Part shown: positions 12,645 to 25,747 of the stretch, piece by piece
How the letters are laid out: every line of letters starts with the position of its first letter
Position numbering within the stretch: position 1 is the first letter of the stretch
Assembly: GCA_046563655.1 (NCBI GenBank)
Contig: CM102287.1
Location: 3,720,001 to 3,784,000, forward strand
Direction: 5' to 3'
DNA from: Yuukianura sp. NJ FZ-2021
Taxonomy: Eukaryota
DNA: 64,000 bases
The notes under the pieces: model-generated
Seen by the model: only the letters and a program-made list of their open reading frames with translations
Databases searched by the model: none
Told to the model about the DNA's origin: nothing
Program-made: the position numbers and the translations under genes

Positions 12645-13394
12645 AGTCTTTTGGAGACGCATGTCTACGACATGCTGAAGAAGACTATTGATACGACTTA
12701 CTTTTCTGCCCGTCCGTACGTTAGTAAAGTTTTTAGGACCCTTTCCACTGAAAGATAAGCACCATCGCAGTTGGGGAGTCATGTGAGGCTCAAGAGTTTT
12801 CAGTAGGTCTACATTCCACTCAAAGTGTTAAATGAACAATGTGGAAGTTGGCGGCTACTTTACGTACCCGAAGAATCGCAGAAATCCCTCAAATCTTCTC
12901 AAATCAACTGTACGTTGTGGGGTAGGGGTCAAATATCGATTCTTTAAGATCAAAATCATAAAAATTTCTTATGAATGCAAATTTGAACCCTCCCACTTGC
13001 TGCTTACGTACTACGGATTTAAGCTGGATTTTCTATCCTCTGATAAGCAACAAATTAACAACGTAAATAAATGTACTGCCAGAAAATGACCGGGTCAAAA
13101 GTGCGTTGTTTAAATATATTTTGAGTGTAATCGAAACCAAAATGTTTTCGGGAAACGACTACAATGCGTGTGCGTAACGTGGCCGCCCATTTCTACGTTG
13201 TTAATTCTAGAATTTTAGTGCAATGTAGACCTAATAAAAACAATTGAGCCAAACATAACCCCCCGAACAAATTGGGGCTTACGTTTTAGTGCAAAGTATC
13301 CTAAAAAATGTGACAGACGGACGGACGGACGGACGGACAAAGTCGTATCACTAGTCTTCTTCAGCACGTCGTAGACGTGCGTGTCCAGAAGCCT
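12645..13394. mobile_element. Two diverged HINE 5' fragments in opposite orientation (12645-~12870 +; ~12909-13394 -)
   Basis: Both carry the HINE 5' terminus/palindrome and GTCC/GGAC repeats and match the 5' half of 25784-26838. Confidence 0.75.
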
Positions 13395-14642
13395 AAAATG
13401 GTTTTGCTCAGCGTAGGAATGTCGTACAGTGACCCACAATATATCAAACTTTAGGGAAAGATTTGATTTCTGCCAATAAAGCCAAATTGCGACAAAGGCT
13501 GTCCACCCGTAAGAAAAAAAATGCCTAAAAAAATCCTCGCTCCCTCCCTCCGTCAATTAGAAAGGGAAAGAAATTCCCTATTTTCTCATTGACGGAGGAA
13601 GGGAGCGAGGATCTTTTTTTGAGACACCTCTTCTGATGGGAGGAAAGCCTTTGGCGCAATTTGTCTTTTTTTACATCTGTTAAAGGAACGGAACAGTACA
13701 TAACAATGAAACGAATCCGTCATAATTGGGAAGCACACAGTAAAACTTGTTGTTCGAATTTTTAGACGCGATATTGGTGCACTTTCTTTTGAAGTGTTGG
13801 CAACACCCCCTCCGCAGTAAGGACGGGGATGCGGATTATCGGGGTTTTCCCGGAGAATCACCGGGGATTTGGGGATAACCCCAATTTGCCGGGGAAAGCA
13901 TCAAATTCCCGGGGAACAGCCATCACTGTATCTTTTGTAATTGAAGTCAATTTCAACCTAATCAACAATGGTGCGCCTAATTGGTAACTGAAAATTTAGT
14001 ACGGAGTTCCGTGCACCGTTTCTCATCGCATTGTTACAGGTATTGTTGACTGTCTTCGTCATTTCAATTGTGAAATGTCTCCAGCAGACTTGTGCCCAGC
14101 CCTGCCTAACCTCACCAGTGGTATTTTTTGGTCAGTTTCTTTAGAGTCTTCAACATTTTGTCTGTTTTCTTAGAAACGATCTCTAATTTCTAGGTGAATT
14201 TACAACCCTACCGAAACTATCCTTTTCTTACTTGTGACCTGGTCAACCCTACAGCTGACCTCTACTCGCTATAGTACCCCCTTCTCTGCCATTCTCGGCA
14301 GAACATCCTTCCATTATACTTCTTTCTATCGACCATCCACTTATTGTCTTCATGTGTCCGTCCACCTCAACATAGGCGACTCTGGTGTCCGTTGATCACT
14401 AGAGACACAACTGTCTTGTGTCCGTCGTTGCTTTGCAATAAAAGCGAATCTAACAATTCCTTTATTGTGGTACGCCTTGCTACCGTCTTTGCTCCACCAG
14501 GAGCTAGTTCATTAATCGGTAAAAACTGCCATCTACTTGGAGTCACAGCAAAGGTCAACTATATCATTTCTGTAAGGTCGGTCTGATAATGAGTCATTGC
14601 CAATGACTTAGTATTCCGGTCGGCCCGCTTATGTTTAATTCT

Positions 14643-16000
14643 TAAGCTTCCCGCTCACCAAACTTTCGGCCCGAAAAAGTGGCGACGACGATTTGTCGGC
14701 TCGAATTTGTCTTTTCAGAATCTGGGTACAGCACACTGCCATGACTCAAACGACGGCGCGTCGGTGCCACTTTTGGAGCAGAACTTTTTTCGTCTGCACT
14801 TTGTCTCTGCACACAGCGCACTGCCAAAGTGAAACGAAAAAGTAGCGCGGACGTTCGGCGGCCAACGTTCGTTTCACTTGGTGTGCTGTAAGTCTCAATT
14901 CCGGTCTTCCGTAGATTGGCGCCATTCTCAGAAATTCAAAAATAAAGTTTGTTTCAAACTTGATTACATATGCTGATTAACAAAAGAGCATACAGCTATG
15001 CTACTGCAGCTATGTAGCTTATGGATGTCATCAATGTAAACCTTTTGTACCTAAACTGACGAATTGTGCTGCAGTTTTAGTCCAAAAGGGGTTACAGAAG
15101 CATTTATAGCTCTAATTAAGCTATAGGTTAATTAATTATTTACACTTAGACTAATTATTAACATTTTCGTATTTTTGAATTTCTAGTATTTTCCATATGA
15201 AGAGGGATGAGCATAATTTCTATCATGATTGTTTGTGGAATCGCCAAGTGGATTCCATTCGGTTTCTCACTTTAAACTTCCCGCTAGTTTTAGGGTTCAA
15301 AATTCCCTCAATTTCAGGCACCTTAGCCCCTCCCTCTACTACGCAGTTAGATTTGTCTTTTGGTTCTTTTTGCTCTGCTAGCTCGGTCTTAGCACGTTGT
15401 TACGACAAGTACCACGCTTTCAGTGTGCTAAGTACTCGCTCTCTCACCTCTCAATTAACAATTAATTGTTTCCCCATACTAATTAACTTTCTTTAATTAA
15501 ACGTTGGGTTAAAAGCCTTGATCAATCTGAAGTTTCAGATTCTAGTTTTGCCTCAAATTTATTCCTAAAAAGTTCAGTTTGAAAGTTACTGAACAATGAT
15601 AATTGGTATAATGTGCTTCTTTGATCGAAAGAAGCAAAAGGTTCCAAATTATTGCTTCTCGTTTAGTGTGCGGTATGCACAGAAAAAGTGGAGCCGACAA
15701 CTTTCGTCTCGGAAGATGAAAAAGTTCAACTTTCCGAAACGACAAGATTCTGGCCGCCGACAGGAATTCTCTCGGCGGTGTGCTGGGTGCGACGACAAAA
15801 GTGAGAAGAAAAAATTCTTTTCACTTTTGTCTGACGAAAGTTGTCGCGCGGCTTGACTCCCGGTGTGCGGGTGTCATGAGTCAAAGTGAGACGAAACTTT
15901 TCGTCTCACTTGTTGGGCAGTGTGCTGGCCCAAAGTCAGACGAAAAAGTAGCGACGACAGTCGGCGGCTGTCGTTTCACTTTGGTGAGCGGGACGCTTTA
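14643..16000. mobile_element. Probable PIF/Harbinger-type MITE remnants
   Basis: Inverted TCCCGCTCACCAAA / TTTGGTGAGCGGGA next to TAA/TTA, plus related sub-terminal repeats at 14645-14890 and 15660-16000. Confidence 0.45.
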
Positions 16001-16275
16001 GTTTCCCGTACGTTTATGAGCCTTGAAGGTTTACAATTTTAATAATAACGCCACCATAATTAATTAGGCTGAAAATTGATCAAATTTTATTTCATTAGTT
16101 AACGTTAACCAGAAATAGTCGTAACATTGTTACTTCTGGTTTTGATGGAATTTGATATTACAATTACGGCAAATGACATCCGAAATGTTCTGAAAAGGGG
16201 TCATATACGTCGGAAATTTTTTTATGTGTTTCAAAAAAGATTTTACTGTTTAACGTACCTTTGTGGGGCTTATAT

Positions 16276-16733
16276 TCGGCAAAACGGCGCTTCGATTTTT
16301 TACGATTAAAATATCGTTTTACATCAATTTTTGGGTGTAGATTCCGAATCTGAAATCCGTTTTTGGCGGTCACACCTCCTTCTTGGTAAGATTAATTAAC
16401 TAAAATTCTAATTAACAGTGTGAATTTGATAAACAGAATGAGAATTTGTGGTGCAACCAATGGAAGCCAAGGATTGTTGTTTCTTATATCTCCGCGCCGA
16501 AAGCGCGCGTTAGGTTTGGTTAGCATATAACAACAATAAATTCGAATCTCCATTGGTTACACACTCATTCTGCATGCGAAATGCATATACTGTTAATTAA
16601 AATATTAATTAATTAATCTTACCAAGAAGGAGGTGCGACCGCCAAAAATGGATTTCAGATTCGGAATCTACACCCAAAAATTGATATAAAATGATATTTT
16701 AATCGTGAAAAATCGCAGCGCCGTTTTGCCGAA
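16276..16733. repeat. Foldback (long inverted repeat) MITE
   Basis: ~130-bp arms ATTCGGCAAAACGGCGC...AAGATTAATTAA with a reverse-complement partner; the centre is also partly palindromic. Confidence 0.75.
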
Positions 16734-18180
16734 TTTGTTCCCTTTGTGGGCTACTTTTGCTAAATGTAATTTAATTATGGACGCCAGAATCTATCGAAAA
16801 GTTTCGCGTTTACCTGTACATTCCTATATTCTGCGTGCGCTCTCTGTACGGCACAGTATATATACGCGCTTTGTTGATCTTAGATATGCTTGCCACCGCT
16901 TCCCCAGTAACTCGTGAGACGAGTACTGGAATAAAACAGTATGGGAACTGTAGTTGTCTATGTAAAGCGTCTGATAACACATCCCAGGTAAGGTCATAGT
17001 TACCCCACTTCAACTATTTAGTTTAAACTACTCGACTCGTTTTGACAAGGATTTGCCTTTTCAGCTGTTCTCGCAGTTTAACGCCCAAAAAAGTAACGAA
17101 ACTTACGCAGATCCGCCGTTGGATGATAGGGAGAGTGATTGGGATGACGGGGATGACAAAGGCTACATCCACAGTGAGCATATAGGATCGGGATGTTACC
17201 AACACGAATATTGCTGGGCTAGTTGCAGAGTTCTATTTTTTATGCCAGTTATTCCTTTTATTTGGTCATCACATTCGCCGGCATCTTGTTACTCAACCAG
17301 ACACCTCGAAGGCATCGTTTCACCACTTGCCAATTGCTCTCGGGATGATGATTGCTTCAATCACTATGACTGTACAGGCCTTTGTGTGGAAATTTCTGAT
17401 CCACTTTGGACACGCCTAGGCGGAACGTGGCAATCCAGAGTACCAGTACTTCCCGGGACATAAGATTGTGCCTACATTTGGATGACTTACAGAACCAGCA
17501 TATGATCACAATAACAAAAACACATTACACTGTCTAATTCACTAATCTATATTTTCAATAACAATAAGCTCGAATATAATGATAAATGTGTATGCTAAAA
17601 CTTGATGGCAGACCCGTTCAATTCACTTGCACTTACCACATTTTGTTTTAAACATACACTTATAAATGAATCAGCGACAAGCTGAAGTCGTTATCCTAAT
17701 ACTAAACACTGTAAGCAAAAAATCCAGATTACTCAACTTTACATTAGCTAAAATTGTATCCTCGGCCACAAAGTTTAGTACTGCTTAAGGACGGGTAAGA
17801 GGCAGCGTTTGTTTACGATTTGCTGTCAGCCATTGTCATTAGTAACAAAGCAAATTCACTGCTCAAACTTGCAAAAGTCGGCACTCTTTCCAATGATTGA
17901 CAAACCAAAGTTTTTCGCAGGATAGGAATTCAAACAACCTGGGACTCAACAACAACCTTGTGCCCATTGAGACGGTTGATTTCGGTGCCGATATTTGCAA
18001 ATTATTGAATAATGTCAGAATTACATCTGTTTTGTCTTATAACTTTTTTATTATAAGACATAAAAATGCGTTTGAGGTGTCTAAAAATCCGGAAGACCAT
18101 GGCGCATAATAGTTAGGGGCCAATTTCCAAATTTTTTGTGTCATACAATACTTATACAAAATTGAACCTTTGTATCGGAT

Positions 18181-20402
18181 TGTTGAAATTGGGTTTAAGT
18201 TATTTTTTGATATTTTTGTATTTTTTGGACTAGTTTCAAAAGGCTAAATTTTGTCCATAATTTTTCTATACCGTAGGGACTAAGTATAAGCATTTGTGAA
18301 AATATGAGGAAAATTCTTCGTAGCGTTTGCTTAGGGAAACTCTTCAAAGTTTGACTTTCTGAGATAGGTTATATTTGGTGTTGTTATGTTATGCTGAGCT
18401 TGTGGGAGGATAGGGAGTGACAATAGCGTCTGGCCTTGGGCTGAGTTGGCTCTTCTGTTTTTTGTTCCCTCTTTTTTCCTCTCTCATATACAGTACGTTA
18501 TAAGAATTCAGATAAGACACACTTCATGTGTAATAACTTTCAAGTTTTCTTTGATTTTAATTGTAAGATTTTCATTGATCGCAAAGTGCGAATAAAGTAT
18601 TGTTTTCATTAAGTAAATCTCCGAGTCAGAAAGTCGAGTATTTTTCATAAAGTTATCCAGAGTCTTATTAGAAGGAATATCTACCCGGTGGGTGATATTT
18701 CCTATTTGAGTGCTTGGATCCAGATTCAACATTTATGGCGACCCTGGCAGGACCGTTGGTGTTGAAGGACAAGAGCAAAGTTTGGATTGTCATCTTTACT
18801 TGTGCTATCTACAGATGCGTTCACATCGAGTTGGTGACGGCCATTTCTACAGAAGAATTTCTCCTAGCGTTTACCAGATTCTGTATGAGGAAGAGACGGC
18901 CGGCAACAGTGTACACCGACAACGGAACAAACTTCGTTGGAACAGAAAATTTGTTCAAGACCATCAATTGGAAAGAAGTGGAGCGCAAGACCAAACATCA
19001 CCGAATTCAGTGGAGGTTCAACCCTCCAGCAGCGCCGTGGTGGGGTGGCTGGTGGGAGCGACTGATCAGAAGCCTCAAGGACTTGCTGAAGCGGATGTTG
19101 GGATTTGCAAAGCTCAACTATCAAGACCTGGAGACATGCGTGTGTGAAGCAGAATGGGTCATGAATCATCGTCCTCTTACTTTCATAACGGAAGACCAGG
19201 ATGACCTCATTCCGCTGACTCCAGCCATGTTCGTCTACGATCTTCCAGCAGACGGACTACCCGAAATTGAAGTGATGACTGGAACGAACCTAGAAGGAAA
19301 GAGGAAGAACCTCAAGAAGCTACTAGAAGAGCTACAAGATCGTTTCAGAAAAGAATATTTGGGAATTCTGGTTCAGCGTGGATCTCAGAAGATTTCGCCT
19401 GTACTGGAAGTGGGAGATTTAGTCTTCGTGGGACGTGAAGACGTGAAGAGGACACTTTGGCCAATGGGACGGATTTTAGAACTCATTCCCGGAAAGGATG
19501 GAACATCTCGTGTAGCCAAAGTGAAAACGAAGACTGGAATCCTGACTCGGCCCATGCAGCGACTCTACCCATTGGAGCTTTGTCATCGAGAGGTTCCGGA
19601 CGTGCCTGAGAAGAAGGAGAAGAAACCAGTGGCACCGGAAAACCATCAGAAGCCTCAGAAGAAGACGGTGACCAAGGACACTCAACCTCAAGAAGTCGAC
19701 ATCGTAACAACTCGGAGTGGACGAAGCATCAAGAAACCCGTGAGGTTCTGCGATTATTGATATGGTTTTAACTAAGTTCATTGTTTTAATTTTAAAGAGT
19801 TTTGACTGTTTTGTTTTTCTTTTGTTCCCACAAAAGAAAGTGGGAGTATGTTGAAATTGGGTTTAAGTTATTTTTTGGATATTTTTATATTTTTTTTGGA
19901 CTAGTTTCAAAAGGCTAAATTTTGTCCGTAATTTTACTATACAGTAGGGACTAAGTATAAGCATTTGTGAAAATATGAGGAAAATTCTTCGTAGCGTTTG
20001 CCTAGGGAAACTCTTCAAAGTTTGACTTTCTGAGATAGGTTATATTTGGTGTTATTGTGTTATGCTTAGCTTGTGGGAGGATAGGGAGTGACAATAGCGT
20101 CTGCCTTTGGGCTGAGTTGGCTCTTCTGTTTTTTGTTCCCTCTTTTTTCCTCTCTCATATACAGTACGTTATAAGAATTCAGATAAGACACACTTCATGT
20201 GTAATAACTTTCAAGTTTTCTTTGATTTTAATTGTAAGATTTTCATTGATCGCAAAGTGCGAATAAAGTATTGTTTTCATTAAGTAAATCTCCGAGTCAG
20301 AAAGTCGAGTATTTTTCATAAAGTTATCCAGAGTCTTATTAGAAGGAATATCTACCCGGTGGGTGATATTTCCTATTTGAGTGCTTGGATCCAGATTCAA
20401 CA
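18181..20402 (+). mobile_element. BEL/Pao LTR retrotransposon, internally deleted (only the integrase C-terminal part remains)
   Basis: LTRs 18181-18731 and 19849-20402 (TGTTGAA...TTCAACA); 5-bp TSD CGGAT; PBS TGGCGACCCTGGCAGGA; PPT AAAAGAAAGTGGGAG. BEL integrase motifs AGPL..KVWIVIFTC, TDNGTNFVG, PWWGGWWERLI, WPMGRILE, RPMQRLYPLE. Confidence 0.93.
18735..19760 (+). CDS. Truncated BEL integrase ORF starting at an ATG inside the PBS
   Basis: Open frame MATLAGPLVLKDKSKVW...RFCDY; it lacks the HHCC finger and the first Asp of the DDE motif. Confidence 0.6.
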   Translation: MATLAGPLVLKDKSKVWIVIFTCAIYRCVHIELVTAISTEEFLLAFTRFCMRKRRPATVYTDNGTNFVGTENLFKTINWKEVERKTKHHRIQWRFNPPAAPWWGGWWERLIRSLKDLLKRMLGFAKLNYQDLETCVCEAEWVMNHRPLTFITEDQDDLIPLTPAMFVYDLPADGLPEIEVMTGTNLEGKRKNLKKLLEELQDRFRKEYLGILVQRGSQKISPVLEVGDLVFVGREDVKRTLWPMGRILELIPGKDGTSRVAKVKTKTGILTRPMQRLYPLELCHREVPDVPEKKEKKPVAPENHQKPQKKTVTKDTQPQEVDIVTTRSGRSIKKPVRFCDY

Positions 20403-21093
20403 CGGATTTTTAGTATCATTCAGCTGCTAGTCAAATTCTGAGCCCTAATAATTATTCTGCAAATATCAAGGAATTTTTAGAGCTATTGTACAAATTTCTA
20501 GGTCATTCCTGTGACGACGTTATTAAGCCTGAAAGTTAATTCATTTGAGGCAAAACGAGACCCACCGTTGCCATGTCTTATTCCTTCTTAATCCAACCTA
20601 AAAAGGTTCCGGCTAATTTCAGCCAATTTCGACTTAATCTTTAAATCAGCTACCGGTACGCCTCGTTAAACAGTTATCGCAAAGTATACCATCAGAAAGT
20701 GTTTCCTGTGTTCGACACTGAAGATTAGTTGGGGCTTGCTCAATTGCTAACGTATAATGGCATAAAATGCTACAGTTTCACATTAGTGCGTATTTTTGCC
20801 ACAAAATTTTGGTACTGAGTTTATTGTCTTCATAGATCATCAGGTTTGGTGTTTAACATACAACTTTTGGTACCTAGGGTACCGTGATTTCAGCCTTGTA
20901 AAATTTGTGGGAACGCTGCAGGATTGAATATCCTGGACAACTACTTCCTACTAGTTGCAAAGTTAGGTATTTTACGCGACAAAGTTAGTTATCCCGCGAC
21001 ACTAAACCTCGTTTGTTCTTGCCAGCTTACTTGTGGTAGCAGCAACCGTTAACAATAAACTTCATAGTGACTATTTACTAAGAACATTCATTT

Positions 21094-24000
21094 AATCAAT
21101 CAATCAATCAATCCGTTTATTTGATTTTGGCCAATGCCCTATCAATTACATTCCTGTACCTCCTTTAGATATTAAGCGTTAAGACAGAGTCATAACCTAG
21201 TTAAACCTAGTTAATAACCTAGTCAACAGTTAAAATGCTAATTTGAAAAAAGAGAAGGAAATACATAAGCAGAATTGGGGCAGACGTAAGTAAAAGTTTA
21301 TAAGTCAATTGAACTTGAAATTGTAGTTGAGGTTGAAGGAAGGAGTAGAGTCCAGGGCTCATTTGTCCAACGTTGGCTCGAATATTGACAGCACTTTGTG
21401 GTGGATATTTTGAAGTCTTTTGATGAAGGTGGCATCCTTGGCGTTCAGGTTGGTCCAAAAGATTGGGCATTGGTTTGGCGGGAGTCTCAGTTGCATTCTA
21501 TGGTGTTCTGTATACGGACATGTCCAGAGTTCATATTAATATGAAAGCTGGTCCCCACAGTAACTGCATCTCTATTCGGTGAACTGACCAAAGCCAAGCC
21601 ATTTTCGGTTGAAGTGGAGTATGTTTGAGTTAAGTCTGATCTGAAGAATGGGAGTCGTGAGATCAGAAGGAAATCGTTTTGAGAATATTTCTGTTGTCGG
21701 GAATTTTTGGCAGCTTTCAGTGTAGTGAGGGATGGAAGAGGATAGCGCGGCTTTTTCGATGTCTGATTCTCTGCACAACTTCCAAAATTTCTTATCAGTT
21801 GAATTTGTCACGGCTCTAGTCACGGTGCCGATTCCCTTGTCGTAGACTCCGTCTAGTCCGATCAGCGCTAGAACCGTTCTGAGCTGCATGCACCAACTGT
21901 ACTTGGTTTCAGGGTAAAGTGATGTCACTTTACGCAGCTGGTAGTACGTGTTTTTCGTCAGGTTAGAACAGAGGTTGGTGTGTAGTTTTGTGAAAAAGAG
22001 CCAGGTTCTTTTCACCACCTCGAATTCTAGTGGTGGGGACTCTGTTTCTAACCTAACAAACTACCTAGGAGTGGTATATGGTAGGCGCAGGAGTCTTTTG
22101 AAGTAGCTTTGTTGAACCGTTTCTAGGGTGTCTGTATGGGGCAGTCCCCAGATTTCGCAGTTGTAGAGTGTAGTGAATTTTACCAGTGAGTTTAGTAGCG
22201 TTTCTATAGTCCACAAGTCAATGTACTTTGTTTTCTTCAGTATATTTAGCGCGACTCCTTGTGCTGCTCAACGGCATTGAAGCGGCTGCTCATCGATTAT
22301 CCTATTGTTCGTTATTAGTAGGTTAGTGTACAGTTTCAGAGTAGGGGTAAGATGAGATGAGGATGTGTTTTGAGGGAGATTTGAAGAGAGGCGAGGTGGA
22401 GAGCAAGTTAGGATTTGTATGTTAGTTTACAGATCAGTCTGGATTGTGCTGTTGTGAGAGAGAGATCAGTGGAGAGATGATCAGTTTGAGATCATATTGT
22501 ATTTAGCGGTGATTATTCATCAGTTTATTCTTATGCTACAATAAATATATAGTTATATATTTATCTCCGCGATGTGTTGTTGGAGTCGGTGACCCTGATT
22601 CTTGGTAGTTAGAGGGATCTGCGGATCAGTGTTTGGAGTCTGAGGGCGTGGCTGCGGTCATTTAGGTTGGGGATTAGCGTATGAGACGCTACAGCATTTC
22701 CTGCTGCCTTTTTGAATGCGCCATTTGACTGGAATATTATACCAAGGTACTCGTACTCCGCAACGGTCTCGACCGGTGTCCCATTCGAAAGAAGTCGTCT
22801 TTTTGTAGTCGCCCCGAGCGTCGGAAAGCCACAACATTTGTCTTAGTTATGTTAACATGGAGAGCTGTTGATTTAAAAAAGTTAGAGGCGAGTTTAACCT
22901 TCTTTTGTAGCAATTCTTTGGACGGTAATGACAAAGTCGTCGGCGTACAGGAGAACATGAACAATACGAGAGCCTAGAGTGTACCCTTTCAGAAGAGATG
23001 ACGAGAGTTTGGTGACAAGATCCTCAATGAACAAGTAGAAAAGAGTGGGTCTGGCAGAATATCCTTGGAGTAGTCCATTCATAATTTTAACCGGCTCCGT
23101 GAGGCCTTCCCTTGTGTTGATCTGTGCCGTGGCGTTTCCGTAAAGGGACCTGAATACTGTTAAAAACTTGTTGGAGACACTCAGATTTCCGAGGAAAGCC
23201 CTCGGTAAACTGTGATTGGGTGTGTCAAAAGCATGAGACAAGTCAACGAAGGCGACATATAGTTCCTTCCTCTTTAGGAGTTGGCACTGGGTCATAGACA
23301 TCAGGGTGAAGATGTGGTCTGTACATGATATCTTGATTTCCGGAAACCAACTCGCAAGTCTGAAATTTTGTGATTTACTTTTATCCAGTTGGTGAGCCTT
23401 GAATTGAGGATTTTGGTGAATAATGTCAGGATGGTGTTCGTCAGCGATGTTGGGCGGTAGTTTTATGGCAAGTCTCTTGAACCCTTCCTGAAGAGCGGAA
23501 GAATTTGCGCCTTACACCAGTGCTTTTTGAACAATGGTTTGGAAGAGTGTGACCAGAAATAATAGAATGTTGGGAGTGGCCGATTTCCAGAGTTCATTTG
23601 GCACTATGTCGGGGCCTGTTGCTTTGTTCGGTTGTAGTTTCTTTGTCGCCATTCTTATTTCCAAGGCTGTTATGTCGCGGTCTAGGATTTCATTTTATAT
23701 AAAACGGCTTTCAGGAAGCACAACCCTTGGGACCTCATTTGATTTAAAGAGGTTCTGGAAGTGTTGGAACCATGTTTCCTTTGGGATTTTGTCTTGTACG
23801 ACGGATTGAGTTGTATGGAATTTGACCGCCTTCCAGAAGCTTGTGGGGTTCTTCGAAGCGTGGAGTTGCCTGACAAGGTTTGAGTTGAACATTGCTTTCT
23901 TGTTGGCTAGTTGTAGTTTAGAGTTCTTTTGAGCTTCAAAATAGAGTTGGGCATAGATCTGTTTGTCTTCAGCGTTACACCTTCGGAGTTTGCGTACTGC

Positions 24001-24100
24001 GTTGTTCTTCTTCCATTTGAGTGAATTGAGTTCAGCGTCGAACCACGTCGGCTTATGTTTTAGTAGTTTCGGTTTTTTGTATACGCCAATCGACTTCCAG
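21094..24100 (-). mobile_element. Decayed non-LTR retrotransposon (LINE) reverse-transcriptase region
   Basis: Frameshifted RT motifs AFVDLSHAFDT, GLLQG, LLYADD, NITKT; 3' end AATAAA followed by an (ATTG)n tail at 21094-21121. Confidence 0.82.
22278..22693. mobile_element. Solo LTR inserted in the LINE
   Basis: TGAAGCG...CGCTACA termini, 4-bp TSD GCAT (22274-22277 and 22694-22697), internal AATAAA. Confidence 0.75.
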
Positions 24101-24289
24101 TTTCCAGGATTTTGTTTTACAGGTGGAGGCTGGATTGGTTCGGGTTTTTGATTTTAAAATTTAGAGAATCCTCGAGGTGTTTATAGAACCGGTGTTTTTC
24201 CATTTTGCAGGCAGGAACGACAATTTTTTCGCGGGACATACGCGTATTTCCTGGATCATGCTTTGCCGACAGAGTGAGTGTTAAAATCC

Positions 24290-24943
24290 TTAATCACTCC
24301 CCGAGAAGAAGTGATCTCTCGTTCGTTGGACCGAAGCAGTCACGAGAGTTGATTTTGAAACGTTTATTTTACTTATTCTGAAGTAGTTTGAATAGAGTTG
24401 GACGTACTTTAGTTGGAAATGCGTTGGACAGCATTGACGGATGCTCGGTTGGTAGGCCATGATGTACTTTGAAACCGTGGGAATGAAGGATCTCGGATGA
24501 TACCTCTTACTGTCTACAACGTAAGTTCTGGATCGCGTTGTAGTTGTGGTTGAGGAGTATGTCATAACTTCCTTTGTAATGTGTTGGAAATAAGGAACGT
24601 TGTTATGGCCGAAGTTTGAAAAAGTAAGAAGACATTCCAGTAAACTCATGTTGGTAGGAGTCAACCAATTTACCACAAAGTTGACTTTGCCACGAACACA
24701 GTCGCGTTTGTGCATCTTGAATATGAATCGAACACTTCTTCTGAATATTTTGTTAATATTATCGAATATGGAGAGATTTGATTTTAACCATAGTATAATC
24801 ATGTACTTGAGCACTGGGATAATGTAGGACATGATCATGAGTTTCCTGTTTTCTTCTGACAGGAGATCTTGTATAGGATAGAAGGACCATAAGATTCCAA
24901 TTACCTTGCCATTGCGAAGAAGATTAAGGACAAATGTTGTCAT
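24290..24943 (-). pseudogene. C-terminal fragment of a second LINE ORF2 (CR1/L2-like)
   Basis: RKLMIMSYIIPVLKY..W...KIFRRSVRFIF resembles the post-RT region of LINE ORF2. Confidence 0.5.
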
Positions 24944-25747
24944 GACCGGAGAAGGCTAAGCAAGTGCTCGAAGGATGAAAGGGAGAAAATTGCGAATGAA
25001 GGTAGTACTCCAGGATCAACCGCCTCGTCGGTATACGGTGCATGGGCGAAATGCATCCTCGGCACTATGCCGCTTCTCACATTCGGATTATTTACAAAGT
25101 CATCCTAATTCAGCCTCGAGATTTCAAATCAACAATTTCTCAAGAATATTTCTGAACTCAATCTTGTTGCATACAACGTATTTCTCTAAAAATTAAAGTT
25201 TCTCAAATAGATTTTGAATGTTTATTTTATGATCGAAATACAGAAATTAACCTCGTTAAAACGAACAAAAGTTTTACCGCCGTTTAACATCACAATCGTT
25301 AAACAAATTAACTTCCAGTAACACAGCAGATTTGATTGTTTTTTATATACGTAGTTTTTTTGCTTATATTTTTTTCTTTTCTGACTTTCCAATTTTAAGT
25401 ACTACATTTTAATTTATTTTTATTTCAGTTAACAGTGATTGACAAAACTTTTTCTAACATTTTCTTACACCAGTTTTCATTGTTAATCACTTTTTGGCTA
25501 TTGACAAATTACTTTTGTAGAATCTGAAAAAAAATACGTAGTATCTGACTAAATTAGCAATACGCTAGTTGGAGAGAGTTTGGGTTTCCCTTGTAAGAAT
25601 CGGTAAATCTTACGTAAGGATCAATCAAAAATAAATACGATTGGAAATTAGTGTTTCACTTTCGTAGATTAATAATTAAAAAAAAACAGCAACACGAAGA
25701 GGGGAATTTAACCTTTTTATTAATTATATTTGGTTAGCGTAACCTAA

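Noticed and set aside
13525..13625. Strong hairpin as an ncRNA or miRNA
   Set aside because: More simply a collapsed MITE among TE debris; no supporting features.
17053..17463. Cys/Asp-rich 136-aa ORF
   Set aside because: No recognisable domain, start context or convincing exon chain.
18508..18732. Duplicated 74-aa ORF (also 20179-20403)
   Set aside because: Antisense translation of identical LTR halves.
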